DNA of 64,000 nucleotides from Octopus vulgaris (taxonomy: Eukaryota), in assembly GCA_951406725.2 (NCBI GenBank), contig OX597816.1:177940001-178004000 (forward strand), given 5' to 3'. Each line of letters begins with the position of its first letter. Position 1 is the stretch's first letter. Positions 25,058 through 37,896 of this stretch are shown here, in pieces. The notes beneath the pieces are model-generated. The model ran no database searches and was not told the DNA's origin. It saw nothing but the letters and a program-made list of their open reading frames with translations. The translations under genes were made by a program, and so were the position numbers.

Positions 25058-25419
25058 TTTTAATAGATCAAGACATCAAAGACTATACACGATCTGTAGC
25101 TACTCTCGATTCCCAGTAGCCATACGAAATTTTCCACTGCATCAACAACATTGGGAGGCAGAGCCGTCCACTTCGAGAAGCACTGAACATGTCCACTTCG
25201 AGAAGACTGTCCATTCATTCCGCCAGTACCAATACGCACACGGTTAAATGTGACTTTAAAGCATTCCAAAGTTACTCATTGGTTTGCAAATAAGTTTAGG
25301 AGAAACGGTGTAGCCTGAGCGCCTTTCAGTATTCGCTTCCACCAATTGACTTCCTTAAATCCAAATAGGTTATAGCTCGACTTCGTTTTGCAGCCTTCGG
25401 AGGTGGTAGGAATATAGTG

Positions 25420-25600
25420 GTTTCAAATTTTGGTGAGGACCAGCAATTTTTAGGGAGGATGAGGTATTTATTTTATCGCTCCTGAAAGGATAAAAGGCAA
25501 AGTGGATCTCAACAGCATTTGAATTCAGGACGTGAAAGCTTAAGAAATGTTACTAAGCATTTTGTCCGGGGTGCTAACGATTCTGCCAGATCGCCGCCTT
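25420..25600 (-). mobile_element. SINE family B, diverged copy
   Basis: Reverse-complement similarity to 24861-25057 and 43915-44133. Confidence 0.7.
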
Positions 25601-25878
25601 TGGGATGCAGAAAACTATGAAATCGACCATAATCATACACCCACCTTCAAATAAAATATGGATTTGCATTAACACACACTGATTTGTTCCATATTCGGTA
25701 GATATTTATTTAGGGGTTGCCAAAATGGAAATAATGTTTCAGAAACCCATAATGTAAGATGTGAGAAACATTTTCCTAATTTAAAAATAAAACCTTTAGT
25801 ATGCTCAACAAGGGCAGGAATAAGCTAACATACACTGAACACCTATGTAAAAGGTGATATCTTAGTTATATACTAAAA

Positions 25879-26391
25879 CTAGCAGTATCGCCCGGCGTTG
25901 CTCGGGTTTGTAAGGGAAATAACTATATAAGCATTTTTAGAGAGTTACTTCCCTTATAGATGCCAATTCGGACTTTCTTAGCCATTTCTGTTTTGGTGTC
26001 TTCAAGCCATGAAGTCGTTGTTCTAAAAGAACGCTGGTCTCCTTGACAACGCATTACGACGTTGATTTCCTTACACTCCCTTCCCCACAGCTTCACGAGG
26101 GAGGGAAGAAGGGGAAGAAGCAAACACAGGTGCAGGTGTGACCATGGACGCCAACTCCACCGCCATCGACACACGAAAAATTATGCATTAAAATGGAATA
26201 AAAAATGATGTTAAATTATTTTTAAAATCGTAGACTCATCGTAGACGCGCGCTAATAGCCAGACGGGCTCAATATGAATCACGACTATAAGATACCCGAA
26301 TTTGGTTAAACTGCACCGCAAAATGTGGGAGTAGTTAGGAATCTAAATCGAAGGGGACAGACACTCACAACTAGAGTTTTATATATATAGA
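25879..26391 (-). mobile_element. Non-autonomous Helitron
   Basis: Minus strand begins TC(TATATATA) and ends CTAG, preceded by a GC-rich hairpin (CCCGAGCAACGCCGGG). Inserted between A and T with no TSD. Confidence 0.8.
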
Positions 26392-27312
26392 TATTAGAAG
26401 AAAATTATTTCCATATTACAAAATACTTTACTCTTAGCTCAAGCTGTACTAGACCAACATTTAGAAAATAAGGATGCACTGAAAACAAATAGGTGAATGT
26501 GAATAATATTTTCTTTACGTCCAGTTGGATTCCAAAACATTAGTTTTAGAAACTCGGAGTTTAGAAACCATTTGCAATGTTTGAGTAATGGAGATTCAAG
26601 TGAATGTTAATTTCCTCATTCTTATGAAGTAGCAAGCCTATATCGAACGTGGTGGCGGTTAAATGCAAAAATGGTAGAGTTTCCAAAAATCCTTTCGTTA
26701 CGAAATAAGATCATTTGGAGGCTCAAATATGTGTGTATTAATACGAAGTTCGTACAGATAATATTCGGTGAAATACTGAAATTTAAGGCCTTGATTTAAA
26801 AAAGAAATCCTAAAAGATTTTGAAGAGTAAAATATTTTCAGTCCCAAGTGTTGCAGTGTCTTCTGAAAGATGCGATTAATTAATGGTTTTAAAAATAAGA
26901 AAAAAAAAATGCCACAAATCATTTCAAAATCTATTTGAAATTTTAAAAAAATATTCCAAGTATTTTGCTGAACCAGGGTTAACTTTATTTCAATTCCACA
27001 ATGCAGCTGTGTAACTTATGTAAACGGAAACAATTTTTAACCTCCCTCAGAAAGGAGATTTCGAAAGTTAATCGGCTGAAATGAATTCGTTATGTGGGTA
27101 ATAAATTAGACAAAGTAATTTTATTTTCATTTCATTGATTAAAATCTGCTTATTAAAACAAATGGAAATGCACGGCGAATACAGAAAATTATATTCGCTT
27201 ACGTTTTGACTCGAGCAATATTTACAGTTTTCTTTCATTTTTATACGTTATGAGGATTCATTTTAGAAATTGCGAAACACATCTCGTTTTATTAATTCTT
27301 TTATCCAGTTAT

Positions 27313-28359
27313 TTAAATGCTGGCAACAGGATGAAACATTTCATTAACTTTTTTTGCTTTGTGCGAGGAATACTTAAAATAAATATGGTTGTCAGGAAGA
27401 GAAACAGGAGATAAATTGTAGGTTTGCTGCGCCACAGAAGGGATCGATAACATTTTGGGAAATACAGAAGCAGTTACGGGCGACAAGAAAGGGGTAGAAA
27501 TTCTGCAAGAATTATTGAATAGCGACATGCCAGATAAGTCCCCAATTTGAGAAGCATCATTAAAAGTAGAATTTCCAGAATTTGAGCAATTTTCGCTGTC
27601 AGAGTTATTTCCGTGTGAAAGTTTTTGAGTAAAAACAGGATCAGGAATTGCCAGAATAGGCGTTACTGGCGATTTGTTAATACCAATTGTTTCTAGACTA
27701 TTGCCAGAACATGTCCGTTGCAAACTGATCCTGGGTTTTGGAGATACATTTACGATTGGTAAAATGTCATTATTCAATTTATTCAAGTAGTTTCGAAATT
27801 TTATTTGACAAGCTGTAATGATCATTTTAAAGCTTTGTTCATTTTGCTTTAAATCCTCAAGCATATTAACTAAATCACAACGAACGTCCTCAAGTATTTC
27901 TGTACAAGAATCTTCTAGAAAATGTGCGAATATTTTAAAAAGGCTATCCTGTAAAAAGAAGTACTCAGTGCTTTCAAGACGGTTGCGTAACACTGGTAAT
28001 TTTTCCACTGTAGCTATGGAGCCGATATCAATTATACCAAGCCATTGTTCCACTCGCCCCTTACAAGCAAACTTTCCTCCTTGCGGTATATCTCTCTCCA
28101 GAATAGTGAGTAACTGAAGCCGGTCAATAGCAAATACATCAGATCTCAAAAGACTGAACAATATCAGATCGCGTGTACAATACTGACAGTGATTAAACGT
28201 GTGAAATCGTGACCGTGACTTACGTATTATTTCTATTTTCTCTAATAATGGTATACGGAACGCCAACATATAAGAATTGCCTGGTAAGAATGGCGGTGAA
28301 GTAATGCACAAAGAATGAGGATTTGTCCGATAAAAGCCATTTGGTGATAAAGAATCCAT
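27313..28359 (-). CDS. Uncharacterised 348-aa protein, single uninterrupted ORF
   Basis: 1047-bp ATG-to-TAA ORF in non-repetitive AT-rich DNA. Normal-complexity helical-looking N-terminal part and Ser/Pro/Asn-rich C-terminal part. AATAAA ~20 nt after the stop. No transposon motifs recognised. Confidence 0.65.
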   Translation of the reverse strand: MDSLSPNGFYRTNPHSLCITSPPFLPGNSYMLAFRIPLLEKIEIIRKSRSRFHTFNHCQYCTRDLILFSLLRSDVFAIDRLQLLTILERDIPQGGKFACKGRVEQWLGIIDIGSIATVEKLPVLRNRLESTEYFFLQDSLFKIFAHFLEDSCTEILEDVRCDLVNMLEDLKQNEQSFKMIITACQIKFRNYLNKLNNDILPIVNVSPKPRISLQRTCSGNSLETIGINKSPVTPILAIPDPVFTQKLSHGNNSDSENCSNSGNSTFNDASQIGDLSGMSLFNNSCRISTPFLSPVTASVFPKMLSIPSVAQQTYNLSPVSLPDNHIYFKYSSHKAKKVNEMFHPVASI

Positions 28360-29822
28360 GCAGGAAATATTACTGGTTCGCTATTTCAAGTTTTCTTTTG
28401 CATTCCCGTCCACTTATGTATAAATCACTTTAAATAAAGAAATTCCTTATTTGCTACACATTTATTAGAGGGGTCTGCAGTGTCAAAGTTTGGTTCATCC
28501 CAATCCCATGTCTATTTGTTTTAGACTAAATTAAATTTTCTATTTAATTGTACCAAGTCTACGGTGCGATTTCGATTCCAAGTTAAAACTATTTACCTTT
28601 GTATAACATTGCAAATGTTTTTGAGCTTCGTCAAAACAAAAAAAAACCCCAATATATTTACCGTATGACAAAACTAGTTCGCCGTCGATTTCCATTTAAA
28701 GCCTTTTAGCAATAAAGTCCATTGTACAATCATGACTACCACAAATGCCATTCACTTTCCTCTTGAAATACCTTGCTTTACACTTTACTGTTTCAATATG
28801 AATAGTTGATTTGATGCTTTCCGATCAAGTACAGAGCGATAGAAATTTATTTAGAATGGAGGGTGACTGTTTTTCTTTGATATAGTGAATAGGATCTCAG
28901 ATACAAAATGGATTGGGACGAAATATTCTGACACCTTTCAATGGTCTGTACTGAACAAAGGGTTTAATTTGCTTAACCAAAACCCGATACTTAATTTTGG
29001 AGTTAGTGCAATGGGTACTGAATTCTTTCTCAAAGGTGCACTCTCTATACAAATAAGGTTATTGTTTTTTGGGGGAGCTGTTTTGATTGTTGTTGTTTTT
29101 TTTTTGTCTTTTTTCATAATTTCATATAAATGCAGTGAGTCGTGGGTTGAAACATAATATTATTGGGTTAAAATATATTCCGAGGAAACTAGTGTTGGTC
29201 TGTATCGAAAACAAGAGCAGTATAATGATAATACATCTAAAGTGTGTTGAATTCATGTGCCATAAAGTGAAAGGAGTTCAGCGTTTCGACCAATGATCTT
29301 CCTCCTAAAAATGGAGTATGGTGTCTTTAAAAGAAATGACTTTACTGTTTCTACACTCTCTCCAATTTACAGAGTACTGTCCTGCCAGAAGCGTTCAAAA
29401 CTCACTTCCCCTCTTCTCTCGGCATATGATGGATGCACCCACCCCCATTCCCTTCCCAGTTCATAACAGGTACTTTTTCATCGGTCTTTGTCAAATGTGT
29501 AGCGTCGACAGTATCTGAACTCAGAATGCAGAGAGACGAAATTAAGCACGTTTAAACCGGCACTGTAAAGCACCGGACTTGACGAAATTGTTTCAATATC
29601 TGCACACTGACGCATTTTTAGTTTTTTCGAGATATATAATCACTGGGATCGATCTCAGTACCTAACTATTCGAAAGTGAGATAATGACAGATCTTCCGAA
29701 GGATCACTCGAGCTGTTAGAGTTATCATATATATAAGAAAAATCGTTTTATATATATATATATATGTGTGTGTGTGCGTGTGTGTGTGTGTGTGTTTATG
29801 TATGTATGTATGTATATATATG

Positions 29823-29854
<32 letters not shown>

Positions 29855-30039
29855 TATATTTATATATATGTATTATATTATATATACCTATTATATACAT
29901 TATATTATTCTTGTAATTTACTTAATCTTTACTTTTTAATTGTTATTTTAATTTTAACTTTTCTATTATATGTAATTTTCTAGATGGTATAATTTAATTT
30001 TTCATTTTGAATTGATAAAAGGTGTTTGTTTTCTAATAT

Positions 30040-30132
<93 letters not shown>

Positions 30133-30134
<2 letters not shown>

Positions 30135-30431
30135 CCCTGCCTTATTTAACATTGTCCCGAGGGAGATCAAAGAGGAAAAGGATCCCATCAACTTTAAACA
30201 GAGTCTGGATAGATTCCTTCAAAGAATACCAGATAAGCCACCCATAATTGGATACAACTCACCCAACAAGAACTCACTACTTGAACAAAACTTGATACAA
30301 CTCACCCAACAAGAACTCACTACTTGAACAAAACTTGACTTAAACAGGATCCGAATAATCCTATCAGCTGGTGCTATTAAGTTAGACATGGCCTGGACCA
30401 ATCTCTGGTCGAAACATATCTAAGTTATCTA

Positions 30432-30435
<4 letters not shown>
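30133..30435 (+). mobile_element. CR1-group extreme 3' fragment between (TA)n tracts
   Basis: GPALFNIVP..FKQSLDRFLQRIPDKP is homologous to the C-terminus at 9140-9260. Ends CATGGCC..GAAAC plus (TATCTAAGT)2. Contains a ~43-bp tandem duplication. Confidence 0.75.
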
Positions 30436-30484
<49 letters not shown>

Positions 30485-30735
30485 GTATGTATGTATATGT
30501 ATGTATGTATATGTATGTATATATATATATGTATGTATGTATGTATATATATATATATGTATGTATGTATATATATGTATGTATGTATATATATGTATGT
30601 ATGTATATATATATGTATGTATGTATATATATATATGTATGTATATATATATATATGTATGTATGTATGTATATATATATATATATATGTATGTATATAT
30701 ATATATATGTATGTATGTATGTATATATATATATG

Positions 30736-30767
<32 letters not shown>

Positions 30768-30787
30768 TATGTATATATATATATATG

Positions 30788-30819
<32 letters not shown>

Positions 30820-30823
30820 TATG

Positions 30824-30900
<77 letters not shown>

Positions 30901-31000
30901 ATAATCAAATAGGGCAATAAAACAAATTATTATTACCAGTGGCCTAGCACAAAAGACGAATTAGTCATTAGACTATATATTTTTTCGTATATATATATAT

Positions 31001-31058
<58 letters not shown>
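30436..31058. repeat. (TA)n/(TATG)n compound microsatellite
   Basis: Direct reading. Confidence 0.9.
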
Positions 31059-31062
<4 letters not shown>

Positions 31063-31228
31063 TAACATTTTTTGCCACTATAACATGTAACATGGCTGTT
31101 CTTTAAAGAACAATGTTACTACTTTTTAACTCCAGGAAAACGTTTTTTCGAATTGGTTAGCGACACACAACTTGTGTCCGATATATTGTGAGTAAGGGAG
31201 CGAACTACTCCCCACCAGCTTGGCAAGA

Positions 31229-31273
31229 CCAGTAGACCATGATTTCTGGGTCTTTACCCTTCATCGGTACTGG
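31229..31273 (-). ncRNA. Minimal type-I hammerhead ribozyme-like motif
   Basis: Minus strand: CCAGTA, CCGATGA, AGGGT-AAAG-ACCCA, GAAA, TCATGG, TC, TACTGG. Stems I and II pair. Core carries a U4C change. Confidence 0.55.
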
Positions 31274-31462
31274 ACAGCTGCCTACTCCCAATATGTAAAC
31301 AGAGAAGCGGTAGACAGCCGCTGTTCTCGCAACGAGCAAAATAGCTAGTTCTAAAATCTCTAAACGAGATATAAGAAGTAACAATACTAGACGTAACGTC
31401 TTTCTGCCATTATAACACTATACCCATGGTCTACTGGTCTTGCCAAGCTGGAGGCGAGTAAT

Positions 31463-31881
31463 TTACTCTTTACTCTTACTCTTTTACTTGTTTCAGTCAT
31501 TTGACTGCGGCCATGCTGGAGCACCGCCTTTAATCGAGCAACTCGACCCCGGGACTTATTCTTTTGTAAGCCCAGTACTTATTCTATCGGTCTCTTTTGC
31601 CGAACTGCTAAGTAACGTGGACATAAACACACCAGCATCGGTTGTCAAGCAATGCTAGGGGAACAAACACATACACACAAACACACACACGCATATATAT
31701 ATATATACATATACATACGACGGGCTTCTTTCAGTTTCCGTCTACCAAATCCACTCACAAGGCTTTGGTCGGCCCGAGGCTATAGTAGAAGACACTTGCC
31801 CAAGATGCCACGCAGTGGGACTGAACCCGGAACCATGTGGTTGGTAAACAAGCTACTTACCACACAGCCACTCCTGCGCCT
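31463..31881 (-). mobile_element. SINE family A, full length
   Basis: Near-identical to 2018-2428. Confidence 0.92.
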
Positions 31882-32788
31882 ATTTGCTCCCTTATTCACA
31901 ATATATCGGACACAGGTTGTATGTCATTAACCAGCTGGAAAATACGTTGTTCTTTATAGAACAGCCATGTTATAGTGATAAAAAAAAAACGTTATGTTTA
32001 GTTTTTTATTACTTTATATCAATTAGAGATTTTAGAACTAGCTATTTTGCTCGTGTGTGTATGCATGAGGTCACTCTCGAGTGCCACTGGTAACATGTAA
32101 CCCAGTACAGCGTGTCACTTGGTCGAGTCGTCGGCGACTAAACTATAACCATATCAAGCTTTCCCGGCGAGGAGGGTAATTATTCGACACCCTACGAAAT
32201 GAGAATGAAAAAGCAAGATACGGCGAAAGGTGGAGCAGCTCATGAGAGTCAATGGCCATCCAACTGAGGTCTGCTGTTCTTCAGTCTCATAGCATACTTG
32301 CATCAACTGTTGTTATCAGCAATACCAAAAGTGTGAATAGTCCCATACAAGCCATTAACATGTTAAACAAATCACTGTGTGTGTTGTCCAAGCGATTTGC
32401 CTACTCCATCCTTTATCAGGACCATCCTGAAACAGAAAAATAAAAGATGGGAAAATGTAGATTGTTTGGCCTTCATGCGTCAAATACGAGAAGAGAGATT
32501 ATCATATGTATATGTGTGCCTCTGCGCGCGCACACACACACACACATATATATTTATATATAATAGAAATATTAAAATACGTACATATGTATGTAGAGTA
32601 AATGCATAAAAAAACACAGGTAATAACTATTGAACAACAAACTCAGTGCATGTACGGGGAGTACCCAAAATATTTTAATATTTTAATATTTCTATTATTG
32701 AAAACAAGTGGATGTATTCCACTGAAACTAGGTAAATATAAGCCTTCGAACAGAGACGTCAGTGGCGACACCTGCGGGGTCTGACTGC

Positions 32789-32830
32789 GCTACATTGACA
32801 AGGGGCAATACCCCGAAACGCGTCTGTAGC
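32789..32830 (+). ncRNA. Minimal type-I hammerhead ribozyme-like motif (U3-A8 core)
   Basis: GCTACA, TTGACAA, GGGG-CAATA-CCCC, GAAA, CGCG, TC, TGTAGC. Perfect stems I and II, palindromic stem III. Confidence 0.7.
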
Positions 32831-32995
32831 TGTCGGACTGGCAGTGTGAAGCGGCTGACCTCCCTTGTTCGAAGGTTATAATGGATACAGATCGTGTATC
32901 AATAGCTATCTTGATGGCGGTGGCCTCATGGAGCTGACCATGGCAGCGATTATTCTTATATCTATAAGAATGCCATATTAATATGGCGATAACAA

Positions 32996-33084
<89 letters not shown>

Positions 33085-33186
33085 TACATATGTACCTATG
33101 TATTATGTATGTACGTACATATGTATGTAGAGTAAATGCATAAAACCACAGGTAATAACTATTGAACAATAAACTCAGTGCATGTA

Positions 33187-34846
33187 CGAGGAGTACCCAA
33201 AAGTAACCGGAAGCCTTTTCCGTAGTAGTTCAGGCTTCTACCGCTAGAAGCCACTTGATGCGAGCCTCGAGTATTAGTCTGCCGACAGGCGTCCTCGGGA
33301 TAAGGTCATGACTTTGTTTTGCAGTGCTTTTCCCTGTTCGTTGATTTTTGCGATTGCTGAAACGAAAGAACAGCGTGCTTCCGTGAAATTCTGTTTTCTA
33401 CCGGTAAAACGACAGCTGAAACAATTGTCATACTTCAAACAGCTTACAAGGACGCAAAACACAAGTTTACGAGAGGTTTTCACGCTTTGGGAACGGTCAC
33501 TTGTCGCTTGAACACCAACCTCGTTCAGGGGACCGTCGACCTCTCGAACGAATGAAAACATCACAAAAATTCATGAATTGATCTTGGAAGACAGTCACCG
33601 AACAATGGACGAACTTGTTGTCATGACTGTTGTGTCATGGAACTCCAGCCAAAGAATTTTAAACGAGAAATTGCGAATGAAAAGAGATGCAGCAAAATTT
33701 ATGTCTCTCTTGCTCAAGGAAATCACAACTGAACGCGTGTCGTGAACTGAAAGAACAGTTGGCAGTTGATCCGGGCCTTTTTTCGAAGGTCATCACTGGT
33801 GACGAAAGCTGGTGCTACGAAAGCATTCGATGTCACCACGCCCCTAAAAAAGTGCGTCAAGTGGAGTCCAATGTCAAAACGATGCTGATTTGTTTCATCG
33901 ATGTGGAAGGAATTATCCACACAGAATTTGTTCCTCCTGGACAAACTGTTTACCAGACATTTTATTTAGCAGTTCCGAAGCATTTGCGAGACGCGATGAG
34001 TCGAGAATGCCCCGACTTGTGAAAAAGTGTGGAGAGTGATGGTTTTATTACGACAAAGTGCCTCCACACACCATCTTGAGTGTAAGACAGTTTTTGACCA
34101 AAAATGGCATGGCCCCGCTTACCCGTCTTAAACTTGCTCCCAGTATCTTTTTTTTTTCCCCGAATAAAAATATTGTAACAGGATGGGGTCACCAATTGTA
34201 ACAGGATGGGTTATCGATTCACTGAAAGGGTGTCGATCCGATCCAGTCACATACAATTTTTGTAAGACAATACAGACGAAGTCAGGTTGTGGGTAAAAGA
34301 CAGCAGTTCGTTTATTTGTTGCGATGGCGTACGTGTGTCTGATGGGAGAAGGACAGCCTCTGATGTACAGCTTCTTGTTAGTTTGTTGAAGAGGTTCGAT
34401 GGTTGTTGGCGGCTAAGTCGGTGAGTTTTTCAGAGCCTGCGAAATGTACGTCCGATCGCGTTGGCTGACTTGCCAGACAGAAGGATTTGAGTTTGGCGGG
34501 CCTAAGAGAACGTTTCCCGCACATGCGCATGGGGAAGACTTCCGGTGGCCACCCGGAAGTAGTCCCATTCTGCGCATGCGCGGTGAACCCTACACAGTAG
34601 CATCACTACAATATCTTTAAAGGAAAACTTTTTGCAGATGTGAAAGAGGTGAAGAAAAACATGACGGAGGTGTTAAAAAGCATCACTTCGCAAGCGTTCC
34701 AGGATTGCTTTGAATAGTGGAAGATGTGTGTGGACCGATGCATTGCTTCAAACGGAGGATATTTAGAAGGCGGTTAAAGTGTAAACATGTAAAACTAAGT
34801 GAATGATATAAAAGTGCAAAATTCCGGTTTCGTTTGGGCACCCTCG
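33187..34846 (+). mobile_element. Mariner-family DNA transposon, decayed
   Basis: TA-flanked imperfect TIRs CGAGGAGTACCCAAAAGTAACCGGAA and TTCCGGTTTCGTTTGGGCACCCTCG. Transposase remnants EQRASVKFCF, VITGDESWC, KTMLICF, FVPPGQTV. Confidence 0.88.
34174..34610 (-). mobile_element. LTR-retrotransposon remnant (near-solo LTR) nested in the mariner
   Basis: TGT...ACA termini with 4-bp TSD ATAT (34170-34173 and 34611-34614). AATAAA on the minus strand. PBS-like TGGTGACCCC. Confidence 0.8.
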
Positions 34847-35463
34847 TATAGTGTCTATACTATTATTATTATAATGAAGTCGACAGTTAACAGTTTCCTA
34901 CTGAAACTGTAAACAAAACTCAGAAGCAAATTAATAGTAGGGTATATATGTACGGCTGAAAGCTAAGAAGGGGATAGAACTGGTCTAAATGAGAGGAAGT
35001 CAAAGGCTGGGAAGAGGTGATGACAGTGGGGAAAGAAGACTTAATACTAAGATAGAGTTGCGAGTTGTTACAGAAATGGTTTAAGTTTAAAGAAGAGGCA
35101 CACGCAGAGAAGATGCTTAAGTTGGAATAGTGGCGTTCAGAGAGAAATAACAGACATAATCTGAAAATTTGTACAGTACATTGTTTGTTGTGAATTGAAA
35201 ATGAACTGCACCGTTCTAATGCCTTCTTAGGAATACATTTAAGATTAAGACTGAAATAAAAATTTAGAACTGCATTTTTATTAGCTTATTCGGAGAATGC
35301 GTTACAGCAACATTCTTCTTTGTACTTCTCTATTACGTTATCAATTTTGATTTGTTTTACATACACACACACACACACATACATACATACATACACATAC
35401 ACACACATACATACATACATACATACATACATACATACATACATACATACATACATACATACA

Positions 35464-35499
<36 letters not shown>

Positions 35500-37396
35500 T
35501 ATATATAACCCCTTCTAATATGTTAGAAGAACTGATAATTGCAGACAGAAAGCGCTTGCATAAAAATCTTCTTCATATCTTAAAGTCAATAACAGCTTCC
35601 ACGACTCCACCAGAACTCTCACCTACGAAGACAAGGAGTCCAGAAACAAGCAGCGGCACGTCTGGCTTCGCAGTGAGGCTGGTGTTATTTCGAAATGTTC
35701 TTCTAGTAGATCTCTTACTCCAGCTTTTGGATAACTGTTGACTCCAGCCGTGGCCTTCCCATCTCACCTTTTCGTTTATATAAGACTGCATTAGTCAATG
35801 TATTCTTCTTTTTATGATTGTAACATATGATCAGAGAAAATTTGGCCACTTTTTCAAGCAGGACAAGCAAGTGCATGATGGCTCTTTCGGTGATTCGGCA
35901 GTGGATCTTATTTATTTTATTTTATTATATTGTATTTATTTATCTGTTGCAGTCTCTCAGATTACAGTCAGAAAGAGATACAACTTCTAAGAAAAGTTAC
36001 CTACAACAAACTATTGTAGGTAACTTCACTTGATAAATACTATTGTATTTATCAAGGGAAGTTTTAATCTGGATAGAACAACTACTAGCATTGTCACTGA
36101 TACCCCGTATAACTTTCCCTGGCTCCTGACAAACCGAATAGTTGTAAGTAGTGGCTAAAAGACAAGTATACCACACATCCATACCATTCTGCATGATAAA
36201 TCAAGTGTTTCCTTTTTTAATGTAAAGAACCAATATTGGATCAAAATATTGAGGAAAATCAAGACATTGATATATTTTATAAAACAGAACATGTTATTTG
36301 CAAATATATCGTCTATCAAACTTATACACTAAGGTTTGCCAATATTCGATGTTAATTTTACATGATTTTTTTCTTCCTCGGTGCACAGCATGTTCACTGA
36401 TTAAACTACATCTGCCCCACATATTGACATCGCTTGCATAAAAAAATACCTAAAGTTCTGTAATAACTTTTCGTATAATCTTTTCGAAATAAAAAATAGA
36501 AAATGTTCTACGGAATTGCTTTTAGAAAAGAATATTAGTTTGTTTTTTTTCTGACTTTAAGAGGAGAGCTCTAGAAGATCTCAGTAGCTGCAAAACAAAA
36601 GAATTCTTTATTTGAGGATACAGGTGAAGTAAATTGAGACAAATAATAAAGACTGTATTTTTTATCTGTCAAAATGGTAGGCAGGGATGAAGGTGATCGA
36701 ATTAATTGTTTACAGACCGACGTAGACATCCAATATAAAAATACTTAACTCTCAATTACTTTCCAACAAGATAAAAACATTAGCCGTACGTGGGTGGGAC
36801 ATACACATCACGGCAACATGTACAGGATAACTGCATAAATTATGAATATTTGGTAGCTTGCAATTATTATTTATAATCTTGTCTTGGATTGGATATCAAT
36901 CCATTCTATTCCAAACGAGAGATCAAGTTATATGTCTGATTAGAAGAAAATTAATCTTTACAAGGGCATATGGCAGTAAATAGAGAAAATGTATATGGAA
37001 TCGATAATATCAACTAAAAGGAGATTAAGCTCTTTAGATATTAGGATAGAGGTAGTTTGCGTTGTGGCATATGTGACTTTCTGAAATGCATTAAGAAGAG
37101 GAATAAAATGGATGCAACCAGAAACGAAAATTCTCCCCGGGAATCAGTTGATCTCCACATAGCACTATTACCCCTGCCAGAAGTAAAGTGTGTGTGTGTG
37201 TGAGGACTGCTGCATTCCCAAAATCTGGTTCTGAGTATGCTTATGTCATATTCCTTGTAATAACACATTTCTAGCAATAGTAATTATTGACATCTCAATA
37301 ATAATAATTCGCTGTTGACATATTCCTAAAACTCTTCTGTGGTAATTTCATGCAAACTCCAGTTTAACAACAGTTACACTCTACGGTACACACAAA

Positions 37397-37495
<99 letters not shown>

Positions 37496-37813
37496 CGATT
37501 TCGGGTTATTTGTGTCCATCATCAATGGCCACTAACAAACTATACTGAGAGGTAATGTTTATCACCACACCAATATGGCTACTCGACGTTGCTACTGTTT
37601 TTAACCCCTAAGAATAGCCTCCTCCACAAATAGCCCGAAACGGTTCGGTCTAGTGATCCCGTTGTCTACTGGAAGTAGGTAGGGGTTCGCTCCCCTGCTT
37701 GCAATATATACCGGGTGTAGATTGCATCCCTAACCAGCTGGAGGAAACTCTTTCTGGGATTAAAAAAGGGTAGTAACGTCGAACAGCCACATATGATGCG
37801 GTGATAAGCATTA

Positions 37814-37859
<46 letters not shown>

Positions 37860-37896
37860 TTGAGTTGTGGGGTATCGCACGAGTGGGATTATATAA

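Noticed and set aside
30435-30920. Long YI/VC/HT-repeat ORFs here and at 2197-2739, 38337-40751, 41411-42016 and 54235-55394
   Set aside because: Stop-free translations of (TA)n, (CA)n and (TATG)n microsatellites, not genes.
34860-35290. Possible decayed Penelope endonuclease fragment on the minus strand
   Set aside because: Too degenerate to identify diagnostic motifs by eye.
35615-35790. Possible TATA box plus first exon with GTGAG donor on the minus strand
   Set aside because: Short motifs are expected by chance in AT-rich DNA, and there is no linked coding evidence.
37045-37190. Possible small coding exon (..CGICDFLKCIKK..VDLHIALLP)
   Set aside because: No convincing homology or splice signals.
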